Source: an uncultured cyanobacterium
Lineage (GTDB): Bacteria > Cyanobacteriota > Cyanobacteriia > Cyanobacteriales > CAWCAG01
Direction: 5' to 3'
Length of the DNA stretch: 64,000 nt
Assembly (NCBI GenBank): GCA_963803805.1
Contig: CAWDOD010000009.1
Location: 128,001-192,000 of the forward strand
In this document: positions 41,045 to 52,357 of the stretch, piece after piece
How the letters are laid out: the number at the start of each line of letters is the position of its first letter
Numbering within the stretch: position 1 is the first letter of the stretch
The notes under the pieces: model-generated
Told to the model about the DNA's origin: nothing
What the model saw: only the letters and a program-made list of their open reading frames with translations
Database searches by the model: none
Program-made: the position numbers and the translations under genes

Positions 41045-42511
41045 TTAGCCTAACCTTTCAATTAAATCGCGCAATGGTGTACGGTGATAAAGGAAACCAA
41101 GAGTGCTTTGTAGGTTTTCTAAGTTAGCTGGTGGCTGAGTTAAAAGACTATCAGCCGCAATGATTCTTGGCCAATTCAAGGGCTTAGTAGGAACTACTTG
41201 GGAAATAACCTGCAAGAATTCATAAGCTACTAAGCCATAACCAACGGTAGTAGGATGAAAGCCATCCAGTCCAAATATTCCTCCCTCAAATTCTGCTTCA
41301 GGGTTGGAGGCTTTGGGATCTAGATGAATAAAGCGGGTATCGATTAAAAGTTGCCCTTGAGGGGTTAAGCGGTCTTTGGTTAGGGGATTATTACGAATTG
41401 CAGTAACTAATTCAGCCGGAAACTGATAGTCAACATCTCCTCCTTGGCGACGGAAAGCTAATCTATCTAATAGAGTACAAATATCTACCACATACCAACC
41501 TCGTTTTTGAGCTTCTTCCTTTAGTAATCGGTTATAGTCATCAATGGTAGAGTCAATGGTACGAGCATCTTCACGGGTTAAATAAGGATAGCGTTCTGGG
41601 GCGCGAGAAAAATCATCATCCCAAACCCAAAAATGAGTATAGTACTCGTAGTAACCATCGTTGCTAAGGGCTGCTTCGCCTGTTTTACCTGGTGTTACGC
41701 CGCGACTAATGGGAGGGATGGTAACGTGGGGAATAGTAGTGATAAAGACATTTTTAGCCCCAACTGCGTCAACTTTAGGAGCAATACGCTCTAGCGCTTT
41801 TTGGAAATGTTCTGGTCGCCATAAATTAGTTTGAGATTTTTGTTCTTTTCTTTGATGGGGTAACAAAGTTAAATCTTCTAGGGTAGACCAATGTATGTCT
41901 AAGTCAGTTACAGTACTAAGGCAATTATTTGCCCCTAACCAAAAGATGAGGTTATCAATGCCCCCTTCCTGTTGGGCGATCGCTTTAGCTGCTTCTAGTT
42001 GAGATAAATTGGCATATTCAGCAGCAAAGCTGGGATTCAAAGTCCTTCGGGCAGCACGATACATAGCTGATTCGGGAATTTGACTAATAAAATTATCCTC
42101 TGGTTCTGGTATGGCACGACGACAAATAGCTTCAGTTAATGTGTCGCACTCTCCCAACAACAGGCTAAATATTGCTAAGTTATGGTGTAAGGGCCCTGTA
42201 GCTGAAGGGAGAGTACCTTCTCCTCTTTCCCAGTAATCCTCAACCCTGTCTAATAAACTCCGGGCGCTTAAAGTAGCAGGAACCACCTCTGTCCAATTCA
42301 CTTTAGAACCATATCTTTCTACTAATAATCTCAGAAGTTGCTCAAGGTTGATAGGCAAGCCCCCTTCACCACTAAAGTCTGGTTGCCGAAACTCATCCAC
42401 AGAAAGACTCTCAGCCAGAATAGCAGGAAAAGAAAAGTCTGTTTTGTGAATACTACCACTGATGAAACCTTGAGTAAGACTATCACCAATAGCAACTAGT
42501 TTAGCTGACAT
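41045..42511 (-). CDS. SGNH/GDSL-type hydrolase
   Basis: AIGDSLTQG block I, LGANN block III, DGFHP block V. Confidence 0.75.
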   Translation of the reverse strand: MSAKLVAIGDSLTQGFISGSIHKTDFSFPAILAESLSVDEFRQPDFSGEGGLPINLEQLLRLLVERYGSKVNWTEVVPATLSARSLLDRVEDYWERGEGTLPSATGPLHHNLAIFSLLLGECDTLTEAICRRAIPEPEDNFISQIPESAMYRAARRTLNPSFAAEYANLSQLEAAKAIAQQEGGIDNLIFWLGANNCLSTVTDLDIHWSTLEDLTLLPHQRKEQKSQTNLWRPEHFQKALERIAPKVDAVGAKNVFITTIPHVTIPPISRGVTPGKTGEAALSNDGYYEYYTHFWVWDDDFSRAPERYPYLTREDARTIDSTIDDYNRLLKEEAQKRGWYVVDICTLLDRLAFRRQGGDVDYQFPAELVTAIRNNPLTKDRLTPQGQLLIDTRFIHLDPKASNPEAEFEGGIFGLDGFHPTTVGYGLVAYEFLQVISQVVPTKPLNWPRIIAADSLLTQPPANLENLQSTLGFLYHRTPLRDLIERLG

Positions 42512-42771
42512 AGATTTTTATTATAAATATAAGTTTGTACTAGGACTAATTATAGATTGGGAACTTGTTATTCCTAACAATTGCTCAATCTAAGTTAAAT
42601 TTCTCTTGTAGAGCGATATTTTTTCCACCTAAAAAATCTGATAATAATTAGACTTTTGACTACTAGCAACATAGCTAACCTCTTGTACTATTATTTTGAA
42701 ATTGTTAGTTTCGTTAACTTAAGGAACTGCAAGCTTGAAGATAATTCAAACTAATTTAAGGGGAATATAGT

Positions 42772-43314
42772 ATGCAACGATTTCGTCAATATAGTGTTTT
42801 CACAGTAATAAGCATAGCCGTTGTATCTTTAACCACTAGTTGTGGCCCTTCCAAAATTTCCCAATGCAATCAGCTAATTGAAGTAATTAACAAAGGAGAA
42901 CCTTTAGCTAATGAATTTCAACAAGAAGCCACTAAATCAAATGCTATTTTTCAAGGAGGTGGTAAGATTAGCGAAGTTAAAAGTGAAGCTGCTGAAGTTG
43001 CCACAACTTTTGAGGAATTTTCTAATAAATGGGGGGCTTATAACCAAGAAGTTGAGGGTGTTGAGATAGTAGATGAAACTCTGATTGGCTTGCAAGGGCG
43101 TTATGTAGAAAATGGGGATAAATTTAGTGAAAGTATTCGTAGCATGAGTCAGTCAATGACCCAAATAAGCGAAATTGAGGAAAACCAGGAAGGTTTGCAA
43201 AGTCTTGAACAAATTTCTTCAGCTATTCAAACTGACTCCCAAGAATTAACTGATGTTGGACAAGAAAATAGCGAGGTAGTAGGAGAGATTAATAGTTATT
43301 GTGGTGCTACTTAA
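42772..43314 (+). CDS. Helical lipoprotein of unknown function
   Basis: Lipobox LTTSC; CNQLI ... INSYC cysteine pair. Confidence 0.75.
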   Translation: MQRFRQYSVFTVISIAVVSLTTSCGPSKISQCNQLIEVINKGEPLANEFQQEATKSNAIFQGGGKISEVKSEAAEVATTFEEFSNKWGAYNQEVEGVEIVDETLIGLQGRYVENGDKFSESIRSMSQSMTQISEIEENQEGLQSLEQISSAIQTDSQELTDVGQENSEVVGEINSYCGAT

Positions 43315-43316
43315 AG

Positions 43317-44774
43317 CTAATTATCTTTAGCTCCTGAGTTTTTGAGCAAATCTACTACCTTAGTATAGCCATTAAACTGAGCAAGCATAGTTGCAGTATA
43401 ACCACCCTTATTTTCGTAGTCTAATTCTATAGCTTCTACCCTCACCAACATCTCAACTACCTGAAGATAACCCCGATGGGCTGCCCACATCAAAGCTGTA
43501 GCCCCCGCCTCATCGCGTAAATTAACGTCTGCATTAGCAAGAAGCAACTTTTCTATCATTGCTATATCTCCTCTATCGGCTGCAACCATCAAAACCGTCT
43601 TGCCATCAGGCATTCGAGTATTAGGGGCTGCACCTCCTTGAAGTAGTCTATCTACTACATCTGTCCAACCTTGAGATACAGCTAAAGATAAAGGTGTTTC
43701 CTGTTGATTACTAATATTAACCTCTGCCCCTGCTTGAATTAGAGTAGTGACAACTTGAGGGTGTCCCTGTAAGGCAGCTAACATTAGGGGTGTATCTCCT
43801 AATTTATTTTTTCGATTTACATCCGCACCAGCTTCTACTAAGGCAGCTATCACTTCTTGATAACCTTCTACTGCCCCAAAGTGTAGGGCAGTTTCGCCAT
43901 CTTCATCTTGGCAATTGACTTCTGCCCCTGCTGCTAATAAAACTGCGATCGCTTCTACCTCGTTAGCCGCAGCGACTGCCATTAAAGCTGTCCCTCCTTC
44001 AGGAGTTCGGGCATTGACATCAGCACCAACTTGGAGTAATTTCTGCACCACAGCCGTCATACCTTGGTTCGCTGCTGACATCAACAAGGTTTCCCCTTCC
44101 TCATTAACAAAATTAACTTCGTTACAGTAGTTAATTAGTAGTTGGGCAAAAGAAGAGTTATTTGAATTAATAACCTCCTGTAAATCTCTAGGAGTAGCAA
44201 CTATACCAAACTTTAACAAAGCCTTAGCTACCTCTAAATTACCTCTTGCCACTGCTAAGCTCAAAGCATTACCTCCTAGTTGAGGATCAGCCCCCGTAGT
44301 TAATAAAGCTTGGACAATACCCACATTCCCCTGTTCAATAGCCAAATTCAGAGCAGTATCCCCATCGTGATCCTTAACATTAACTTCTGCCCCAGCTTCC
44401 AATAGCTTTTGAACAATAGGTAAATTACCTTTATGGGCCGCTACCATCAAAGCAGGGGTTCCATCATCATTAACCTGGTTAACCTCTGCACCAGCCTCCA
44501 GTAAAACCTCTACCACATCCTTCTGATTAGCTGCGGCAGCCAACATCAAGGCTGTTAAGCCATAGCGTCTTCGAGGTTGATTAACTTTAGCCCCCCCTTG
44601 AATTAATAACAAGACTATTTCTGTATAGCCTTGCTGGGAAGCAAACATTAAAGCCGTTGTGCCGTCTCTGTCTTCCCCGTCAACATCAACATTATGATTT
44701 AGTAATGTTTTCACTTCCTCAAGATTGCCCCCACGGGCAGCGATAATTAAGGAAGAATCCTGTTTAGAAATCAC
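43317..44774 (-). CDS. Ankyrin-repeat protein
   Basis: Many G.TALM.AA..G...VV..LL..GA.VN repeats. Confidence 0.95.
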   Translation of the reverse strand: MISKQDSSLIIAARGGNLEEVKTLLNHNVDVDGEDRDGTTALMFASQQGYTEIVLLLIQGGAKVNQPRRRYGLTALMLAAAANQKDVVEVLLEAGAEVNQVNDDGTPALMVAAHKGNLPIVQKLLEAGAEVNVKDHDGDTALNLAIEQGNVGIVQALLTTGADPQLGGNALSLAVARGNLEVAKALLKFGIVATPRDLQEVINSNNSSFAQLLINYCNEVNFVNEEGETLLMSAANQGMTAVVQKLLQVGADVNARTPEGGTALMAVAAANEVEAIAVLLAAGAEVNCQDEDGETALHFGAVEGYQEVIAALVEAGADVNRKNKLGDTPLMLAALQGHPQVVTTLIQAGAEVNISNQQETPLSLAVSQGWTDVVDRLLQGGAAPNTRMPDGKTVLMVAADRGDIAMIEKLLLANADVNLRDEAGATALMWAAHRGYLQVVEMLVRVEAIELDYENKGGYTATMLAQFNGYTKVVDLLKNSGAKDN

Positions 44775-44956
44775 AATTTATCCAATCAACAACAATCTGT
44801 CTATCCCCAGATTAAATGATCAATGTTTAATGATAAATAGTTAATAATTACCTTTTCTTTCCCCTGCTGACTACTTCCCACTCTCCACTCCCTTCAGATC
44901 AATATTTAGTTGTGTTAAGTTAACTTTCATAAACTTGGAGATACAAGGAGAATACA

Positions 44957-45427
44957 ATGAGTCCAGACACAATAGAAACCCTCAAATTTTGGTCACAATT
45001 TTTTCATCCAGTATTAATGTGGACAATCTTGGGAACCACAATTTATGCTTTGTATCTTGGCATTCAGATCATCCGTACTCGCAATGCGGATAAAGAACAG
45101 AGAAAGGAATTAGTTAAAAAGAATTTCCGAGACAGACACCATTTAATTGGTTCAGCCCTTCTCGCTTTTCTAGTTTTGGGTAATCTTGGCGGGATGGCTA
45201 TCACTTATATTAACAATGGTAAGCTCTTTGTAGGACCTCACTTACTAGTAGGTTTAACCATGACTGGCTTAATGGCAGTTGCCGCATCCTTAGTACCTTT
45301 AATGCAAAAAGGAAATACCATAGCCAGAAGTAGCCACATTGCTATTAATGTTACCTTGCTAGGCTTATTTGGTTGGCAAGCTGTGACAGGAATGCAGATT
45401 GTTCAAAAGATTATTAGCAAGATGTAG
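44957..45427 (+). CDS. DUF4079-family membrane protein
   Basis: FHPVLMW, HHLIGS, GKLFVGPHL, WQAVTG. Confidence 0.85.
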   Translation: MSPDTIETLKFWSQFFHPVLMWTILGTTIYALYLGIQIIRTRNADKEQRKELVKKNFRDRHHLIGSALLAFLVLGNLGGMAITYINNGKLFVGPHLLVGLTMTGLMAVAASLVPLMQKGNTIARSSHIAINVTLLGLFGWQAVTGMQIVQKIISKM

Positions 45428-45430
45428 ACA

Positions 45431-45477
45431 AAAAATATCTATGGGCAGGTTAACCACACCCGCTCATAGATATTTTT
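45431..45477. terminator. Bidirectional terminator
   Basis: AAAAATATCTATGGGCAGGT ... ACCCGCTCATAGATATTTTT between convergent genes. Confidence 0.8.
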
Positions 45478-46189
45478 AATGATTCGATAATTTTTGTTCT
45501 AGCTTCCTTGATTGATTTCCTGGCATTGGTAGCTCGAAGCGAGTATGGAAATCCTGTTGTACTTTGTAGGTTAAGCGACGGGAAACCTGACGGACAATTT
45601 CCGTTAAAACGCGATCGCCAGTTTTTTGGATTAGAGATTGGGGTAACTTGTAAATAAACTGGGGAAACCTAATAGCAACTCCTAAGTTAAGATTCCACTC
45701 AAGGCGAGTGACTATTTGAGGCATTTGGAAATCTTTACCTGAGTATAGCGAGGAGAAATCTTCTTCTAGATCCTTGCTATCGATTTCTGTCAGTTGCATA
45801 GCTGCATCATACTCCACATCGTAGCCTGGGCAACTGTAGCCTGGTACGGGAACTCTTTTCATGTGATAAATTCCTTCTTCTGGAGGCAGTAACTCCACCG
45901 CAATTTTCGGTTCCACCTCATAGCCAAAAGAACCAAAACGCCCGATAATTAAGATATAACTATTTTCCCCCAAAGGCTCCACTGCCATTGGCTGAGCGCA
46001 ACTGCTAAACCAGTCTTCATGAGAGTCTAGATAAGAAGCAACAGTTTGGGGATCGCTATACATTTCCATAGAACCTTGAAAATAACTAGAAAAGTTAGTT
46101 GGTTCTTTTTCAACTGTTTCTTGTTGCTTTTGAAGTTGAGAATTGTTTTTTAAGAGCGGAAATTTAGTATTAGAAAGCAATTCAGACAA
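45476..46189 (-). CDS. DUF1997-family protein
   Basis: WFSSCAQPM, GRFGSFGYEVEPKI, LIQKTGDRVL, VQQDFH; start uncertain. Confidence 0.82.
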   Translation of the reverse strand: MSELLSNTKFPLLKNNSQLQKQQETVEKEPTNFSSYFQGSMEMYSDPQTVASYLDSHEDWFSSCAQPMAVEPLGENSYILIIGRFGSFGYEVEPKIAVELLPPEEGIYHMKRVPVPGYSCPGYDVEYDAAMQLTEIDSKDLEEDFSSLYSGKDFQMPQIVTRLEWNLNLGVAIRFPQFIYKLPQSLIQKTGDRVLTEIVRQVSRRLTYKVQQDFHTRFELPMPGNQSRKLEQKLSNH

Positions 46190-46565
46190 TCCATCCTATC
46201 GATTGTTAACAACTGGCAACGGCATAAAAGCCTTTGATTATTTGTCCTTGGTCGGAAAGAGCAGCTAACTTAGCACAAAAGCAATAGGCTGAGAGTTTAA
46301 CTCTTTCCAGCTTAGCTCAGAGGTTAATGTTTATCCCCATACCTTAAGTTACTCAACATAATTAAATTATTCCCTGAAAATTTCTTTAATTATCTAACTA
46401 AGTACTGAATACTACTCTTGAAAACCTTATTTGTCTGGGGTGGAAAGCCGAATCATCAAACTTCGGGAAACTTCTAAATCCTTATCTAAGATAATAAAGA
46501 AATAAGATTTTGCGGCCACCAAAGTAAATTTTGTTATTTATCTAAACCTATTCAAGGAGATTTCT

Positions 46566-47222
46566 ATGAAAGTATTTGTAGCCGGAGCTACAGGACAAAC
46601 CGGAAGACGTATTGTCAAAGAGTTAGTTGAACGTAATATTCCTGTCCGGGCTTTAGTGAGAAACTTAGAAAAAGGTCAAGAGCTACTTCCCACAGCAGCA
46701 GAATTGGTTGTAGGAGATGTGCTGAAGCTAGAAAGTCTTGCAGAAGCCATGGGTGATAGTACAGTAGTGATTTGCGCTACTGGCGCGGCTCCTAGCCTTG
46801 ATCCTACCGGCCCTTATCAAATAGATTATCAAGGAACAAAAAACCTCGTCACAGCTTCTCAAGGTAAGGGCATTGAGCATTTTGTCTTGGTATCATCTCT
46901 GTGTGTATCGAAATTCCTTCATCCCCTCAACCTATTCTGGTTAATTTTAGTGTGGAAAAAACAAGCAGAAGAATATATTGCTAAAAGTGGTTTAACTTAT
47001 ACTATTGTCCGACCTGGTGGCTTAAAGAACGAAAATAACTCAGACTCTATTGTTATGTCAGCAGCAGATACTCTTTTTGACGGCAGTATCCCCCGTGGTA
47101 AGGTAGCCAAGGTTTGCGTAGAAGCACTTTTTCAGCCAGAGGCCAAGAATAAGATTGTGGAGATTGTGGCTAAACCAGAAGCACCACAACGTAGTTTAGA
47201 AGAGTTATTTGCTACGGTTTAA
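46566..47222 (+). CDS. Atypical SDR / NAD(P)H-binding protein
   Basis: VAGATGQTG, VSSLCVS, TIVRPGGL. Confidence 0.9.
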   Translation: MKVFVAGATGQTGRRIVKELVERNIPVRALVRNLEKGQELLPTAAELVVGDVLKLESLAEAMGDSTVVICATGAAPSLDPTGPYQIDYQGTKNLVTASQGKGIEHFVLVSSLCVSKFLHPLNLFWLILVWKKQAEEYIAKSGLTYTIVRPGGLKNENNSDSIVMSAADTLFDGSIPRGKVAKVCVEALFQPEAKNKIVEIVAKPEAPQRSLEELFATV

Positions 47223-47249
47223 TTAGACTGAAATTTTTATTAGTCAACA

Positions 47250-47903
47250 ATGAGCCAAGAAAGTACGCAAAAAAGAAGTATTTTTGTTAATGCTGCTGTG
47301 GTAATTGCGCTAATTTTTTTGTTAGCCAATGTAGAGCAGTTTCTTCGTCAACAACAGAGTGATCCTACCTTGCCAAGGGGGATTTATGGTACTCAGCCTT
47401 TAGTTATGAGAGGAGGAGATCCTTATATTCGCGCTTTAATGCGTACAATTACAGCCAGCGAAGCTAATGATCCTCGTCCTTACTCCCTTATTTATGGTGG
47501 CAGTCGTGCTAAGGATTTAAGCAAACATCCTGAGACTTGTATCACCATTCGAGTAGGACCAAATCGAGGTAATTGTTCCACAGCAGCAGGAAGATATCAG
47601 TTTCTCAATACTACTTGGCGCAAACAAGCAGAACGTTATAACTCCAAAACTAGTGGGTTTTTGTGGGGGCGGACTTACAGTTTTGAGCCTATGTATCAAG
47701 ATCAAGTTGTCCACGATTGGTTGAGCGATCCCCAAGCTTGGGGAGTAGATATTGCCCAATTATTACGCCAGGGCAAGATAGAACAAGTTTTGCGTTTGCT
47801 CTCTGGGACTTGGACAAGTTTGGGGTACGGTATTGAAACCAATTCTATGAGCCGTCATTTACCGAAAATTTATCAGAAAATGTTACAAGAAGAATTACCT
47901 TAA
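47250..47903 (+). CDS. Membrane-anchored lambda-lysozyme-like muramidase
   Basis: N-terminal TM helix; RTITASEAN (catalytic Glu), STAAGRYQFL, WTSL. Confidence 0.82.
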   Translation: MSQESTQKRSIFVNAAVVIALIFLLANVEQFLRQQQSDPTLPRGIYGTQPLVMRGGDPYIRALMRTITASEANDPRPYSLIYGGSRAKDLSKHPETCITIRVGPNRGNCSTAAGRYQFLNTTWRKQAERYNSKTSGFLWGRTYSFEPMYQDQVVHDWLSDPQAWGVDIAQLLRQGKIEQVLRLLSGTWTSLGYGIETNSMSRHLPKIYQKMLQEELP

Positions 47904-48068
47904 TTGAGGATTGAGTTAGGGCAACCGCACAAAGTTAAAGTTCGGTTGCCCCCAAAAGTAAGTACCTGGCATAACTTGTTCAGAAAAATAGTTATTAGAT
48001 AGCAATATTCTCACTAAACTGACAACTGATACTTAACGGCAACGGCAAGGGATACATTGATAACTGAT

Positions 48069-48980
<912 letters not shown>

Positions 48981-49140
48981 TTACGTTCGGGCGGGACAAC
49001 TAGTGTAGTAATAAATTGCTCTGCTTTACCAATGGTTGATCCAAGATGCTTGAACCAACTCCCAATAACTCCAAGCACCCCGATGAAAAAATATATACCA
49101 TTATATTTTATAATTGCTTAACTTGGGAAATTCTTCAACA

Positions 49141-49170
49141 AAAGAAAAAGCTCTGCCGTTTTGGACAGAG
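49141..49170 (-). terminator. Probable terminator between patX and hetR
   Basis: Minus strand CTCTGTCC-AAAA-CGGCAGAG followed by CTTTTTCTTTT. Confidence 0.55.
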
Positions 49171-49216
49171 ACTTGATTGAGATTGTTGTTAAGAAAATAA
49201 TTTCTTCTTAAGGAAC

Positions 49217-49432
49217 TTAGCCTTGAAAAGGGCCAGTATCAAAACGACCACTTCCTCTTTCAGCTAGGATAGTTCCTTCTTCTAAGTTGAAGTGAGAAGA
49301 TTGAACTTGAGTGAGATTAGCGTAGGCAAAGCCCGCCGCAGGTATTGCAGAGTCACTTTCTATTGTTCCTAACTGGAAAGATAGGGAAAGAGATAGTATA
49401 CTCAACAACACAACAGCAATAATTTTTTTCAT
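49217..49432 (-). CDS. patX: PatX-like secreted RGSGR peptide precursor
   Basis: GGAG RBS then MKKIIAVVLLSILSLSLS signal peptide; ERGSGR near the C-terminus (49244-49261); sits between an FAD oxidoreductase gene and hetR. Confidence 0.88.
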   Translation of the reverse strand: MKKIIAVVLLSILSLSLSFQLGTIESDSAIPAAGFAYANLTQVQSSHFNLEEGTILAERGSGRFDTGPFQG

Positions 49433-49463
49433 GACATAGCTCCACATCAGGGTTTCTATATTC

Positions 49464-49493
49464 CTGATACGGAGGCAATCCCTTATGTCCGGA
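49464..49493 (-). promoter_or_regulatory. DIF1-type promoter motif of patX
   Basis: TCCGGA (49488-49493), 17-nt spacer, then GTATCAG on the minus strand. Confidence 0.7.
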
Positions 49494-49576
49494 TAAGCTT
49501 TCTTCAGAGCAAAATAGGTAGGGATAAGTTAGAAATTTTTGGTACGGAAAACCAAACTGGTGAGTATGTTGACTCC

Positions 49577-51331
49577 CTAATCTGGAATTATTTGCTCGGC
49601 TGCGAACCAGTTGCCACTGGGGTTGTACTGCCCTGAAATAGAAATAGATTTGTGGTGAGGATAGTTTGATAGTTGTTGGTGAATTTCTGGATGTAGAGTA
49701 ACTATCCTCAAATTTTGTCTGAGTATAACCTGATGCTTGTTAAGTTCTAGACTATACTCCCCTCGATTTTGTTTCTGGAAAATTCCGGAAACTATCTCTG
49801 TGTCAGAGTTAAATATGGTTTTACTCTCTTTGCAAGGGCTGTTGCCATCTTGAGGATAGGCTTCAGGATGTTCTAGGTAGTAACGCTGCCATTGTAGCCA
49901 TTCTGGGTGTTCCGGGGGTAAGTTAAATAAGGGAATAATTGCTGCTGGGGCTATGGTATCTGTCAATAAAGCTTCTTGCAGTTTGCTTACAGATAACTGC
50001 CAAGGCTGACATTGAGATTTCACACACAAAGCTGCTGCCATACCTGTAGCTTGCCCTATATTCATAACTAGAGGTTGTAAGCGGGTAGAACCATTAGCAA
50101 TGTGAGAAACGGAGATATTCTTTTCACACACCAATAAACCTTCTGTCAAAACAGGTACAAGGGCATAGTAAGGGATTGTAAAAGGCGTACCAGTCCATCT
50201 CCCCCCCCATATTAAGGATTTAGGTTGAACGGGAAAATCTCTACCAGGATAGTGATGATCGTTGGCATAGTTGCCTACAGCAATAGAACTAACTGTACCT
50301 TCATTTGTTTTAGATAAAGGTGCAACAAAACCTCCTTCGATAGGTAAAATACTCTTTTCTGTGACTGTTTCTAGCCCCAGTAAGCGCCGACTTTCTCGGT
50401 AATAGGGATGGAGTGCTAAAGCACCATTACCAAGGGAGTGAGGGAAAATGTCTTTAGCTAAGCCGTAGTGTTTACCAAGATGAGTTTGAATGTAACGGGC
50501 AAAACTGAGACTATGGTTAATAGCTTCTTGGTGAAACTCTCTTTTCGCTATATCCGATTCGATGAGGCGTTGTAAATTTTCCCCGTAGTCGTTGCCACAT
50601 TGCGGCCAGTTAAGCATAAAAAGACCACCAGGTAAGCGACCATAGTTAAGAAATTCTTCTTCTCCATAACCTTGCCAAGCCCCTTCAAAAGAGTTTTTTT
50701 CCTCAGCTTTAATTTCTGGTGCTTCCTTACCTTCCCCATAATCTTGCAGCATAACTACCCAAGTTGGGGATTGAATGGGATAGCGTTTGGTTAATTCATT
50801 TTCAGAAGTAGGGGCGCTTGGTTCATTAAAATCCTTTTGTAGTTCCCAACCCCAACGTGATGGTACATCTGCTAAAGCGAGAATATCCCCTAATTCTGTG
50901 CCATCTAGGGTTATTTGGGCTTTAATAAGAAAGTCAGCAAAGCGAACCCCAGTAACACGGTTTTCTTTGCACAATACTTCCAAGGGAACCTGCCCCTTAA
51001 TCCAGTGTAAGTTAGGTAATGCTTCTACCCAATCAGCAAAAATTTTAGACCCCACTTGAGGATGATAGCTAAACATACTTACCCAGCTATTAGCTAATCC
51101 TCCTTTTTGCCTAATTTCTAATTCCCTTAAAAATGCTCCCCACAAACCAGTTTGCCAAGGTACTAATTCATTACCATCAGGGGCGCAGACTCCGGCGGAA
51201 GTTAGCATTCCTCCTAACCAAAGAAATTCGCTAACAAGGGTAGTTTTGACTCCACAACGGGCAGCTTGAATAGCCGCAGCAGTTCCCCCTGTACCTCCTC
51301 CTACCACTAAAATATCTGTTGTGAGCTTCAT
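49577..51331 (-). CDS. FAD-dependent oxidoreductase
   Basis: VVGGGTGG, LGGMLTSAGV, YYRESRR, SHIANGSTRLQP. Confidence 0.9.
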   Translation of the reverse strand: MKLTTDILVVGGGTGGTAAAIQAARCGVKTTLVSEFLWLGGMLTSAGVCAPDGNELVPWQTGLWGAFLRELEIRQKGGLANSWVSMFSYHPQVGSKIFADWVEALPNLHWIKGQVPLEVLCKENRVTGVRFADFLIKAQITLDGTELGDILALADVPSRWGWELQKDFNEPSAPTSENELTKRYPIQSPTWVVMLQDYGEGKEAPEIKAEEKNSFEGAWQGYGEEEFLNYGRLPGGLFMLNWPQCGNDYGENLQRLIESDIAKREFHQEAINHSLSFARYIQTHLGKHYGLAKDIFPHSLGNGALALHPYYRESRRLLGLETVTEKSILPIEGGFVAPLSKTNEGTVSSIAVGNYANDHHYPGRDFPVQPKSLIWGGRWTGTPFTIPYYALVPVLTEGLLVCEKNISVSHIANGSTRLQPLVMNIGQATGMAAALCVKSQCQPWQLSVSKLQEALLTDTIAPAAIIPLFNLPPEHPEWLQWQRYYLEHPEAYPQDGNSPCKESKTIFNSDTEIVSGIFQKQNRGEYSLELNKHQVILRQNLRIVTLHPEIHQQLSNYPHHKSISISGQYNPSGNWFAAEQIIPD

Positions 51332-51487
51332 TTATCATTTCTATCCATTCGAGTTCCAACTCCAGACTTATGATTATGGCACTACACAAGTTTTAAGTAG
51401 CTATCCAAAATTAATTGTATTTTTAGTAAAAGACTATAAGGTCTAACCTGTAATCACTCTTGCTAAGACTGCTATGGTTTTATTGTA

Positions 51488-52267
51488 CTACTGCAAGATT
51501 TTTCGCGACCAAACTTTATAAGTATCTCCTAAAGGAGGTTGGGGTTCACTAGTATAATCAATCTGATAATCATAACCTGCTCGTTCATAAATCTGGTTAA
51601 ATATTGCTTGTAAATCTACTAAAGGTTCTGTATCTTCAGACTGCAAAGGTAAAGAGAAAGCTGGTAATTTATCAGGAAGATTAAACGCATATAAGTCAGC
51701 ACTGGGACGTTGTACTGTGCGACTAACTAAAACTCTGTAATCTGCATCTAGATCATTATTTAAAATGGGCATTGCTTGCCATCCTCTCAACAAATCTATT
51801 TCTACGAAATTAGTCGAACTTTCTAAGATTTGCTGACGCTTTTTAAGGTAAGTTCCTCTTCCTTCACCAGAACATTTGTTGACTGGAGAAAGAACTTCAA
51901 TTGCCGTAATTACTTTGCCTGTTGCCAAATCCTTGACTTCTAGATATGCTTGTTTAATTTCTTCTAACATTGGGACTAAAACTTTGACGAGTTTTGTCTC
52001 TACAGAAGTAACTGCGACATTAGAATTATTGATTTTAGGTACGTTAGATTGATGTGCAACTGCAACATCAGGAATACCAATTAGTAAAGAATTATCATCG
52101 TTGTTACTGGTAATTTGGTAGATGCGCTTTTCAATAGCAACTTTGTATTTAGGACGTACTTGAGGAACTAAAGCATCAGCGATCGCCACAATTAAGCGAC
52201 TGTGTACTTCTGGCCAGAAATCCGGATGTTCTAAATAAGGGTCGATTCCTGGAAAGGGAGAAGCCAT
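51488..52267 (-). CDS. DUF4058-family protein (PD-(D/E)xK-like)
   Basis: MASPFPGIDPYLE, IPDV, IEVLSPVNK, EIDLLR. Confidence 0.88.
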   Translation of the reverse strand: MASPFPGIDPYLEHPDFWPEVHSRLIVAIADALVPQVRPKYKVAIEKRIYQITSNNDDNSLLIGIPDVAVAHQSNVPKINNSNVAVTSVETKLVKVLVPMLEEIKQAYLEVKDLATGKVITAIEVLSPVNKCSGEGRGTYLKKRQQILESSTNFVEIDLLRGWQAMPILNNDLDADYRVLVSRTVQRPSADLYAFNLPDKLPAFSLPLQSEDTEPLVDLQAIFNQIYERAGYDYQIDYTSEPQPPLGDTYKVWSRKILQ

Positions 52268-52357
52268 AGCCTTAAACTCCAAGTTAGCACTTCTTACTAT
52301 TTGTAGTTTAACATTAGTGCCAAGATAATTAATAACAAAGCTTGCAAGTATTTTCTG

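Noticed and set aside
47250-47903. Prophage inferred from the lysozyme gene
   Set aside because: No integrase, structural or holin genes nearby.
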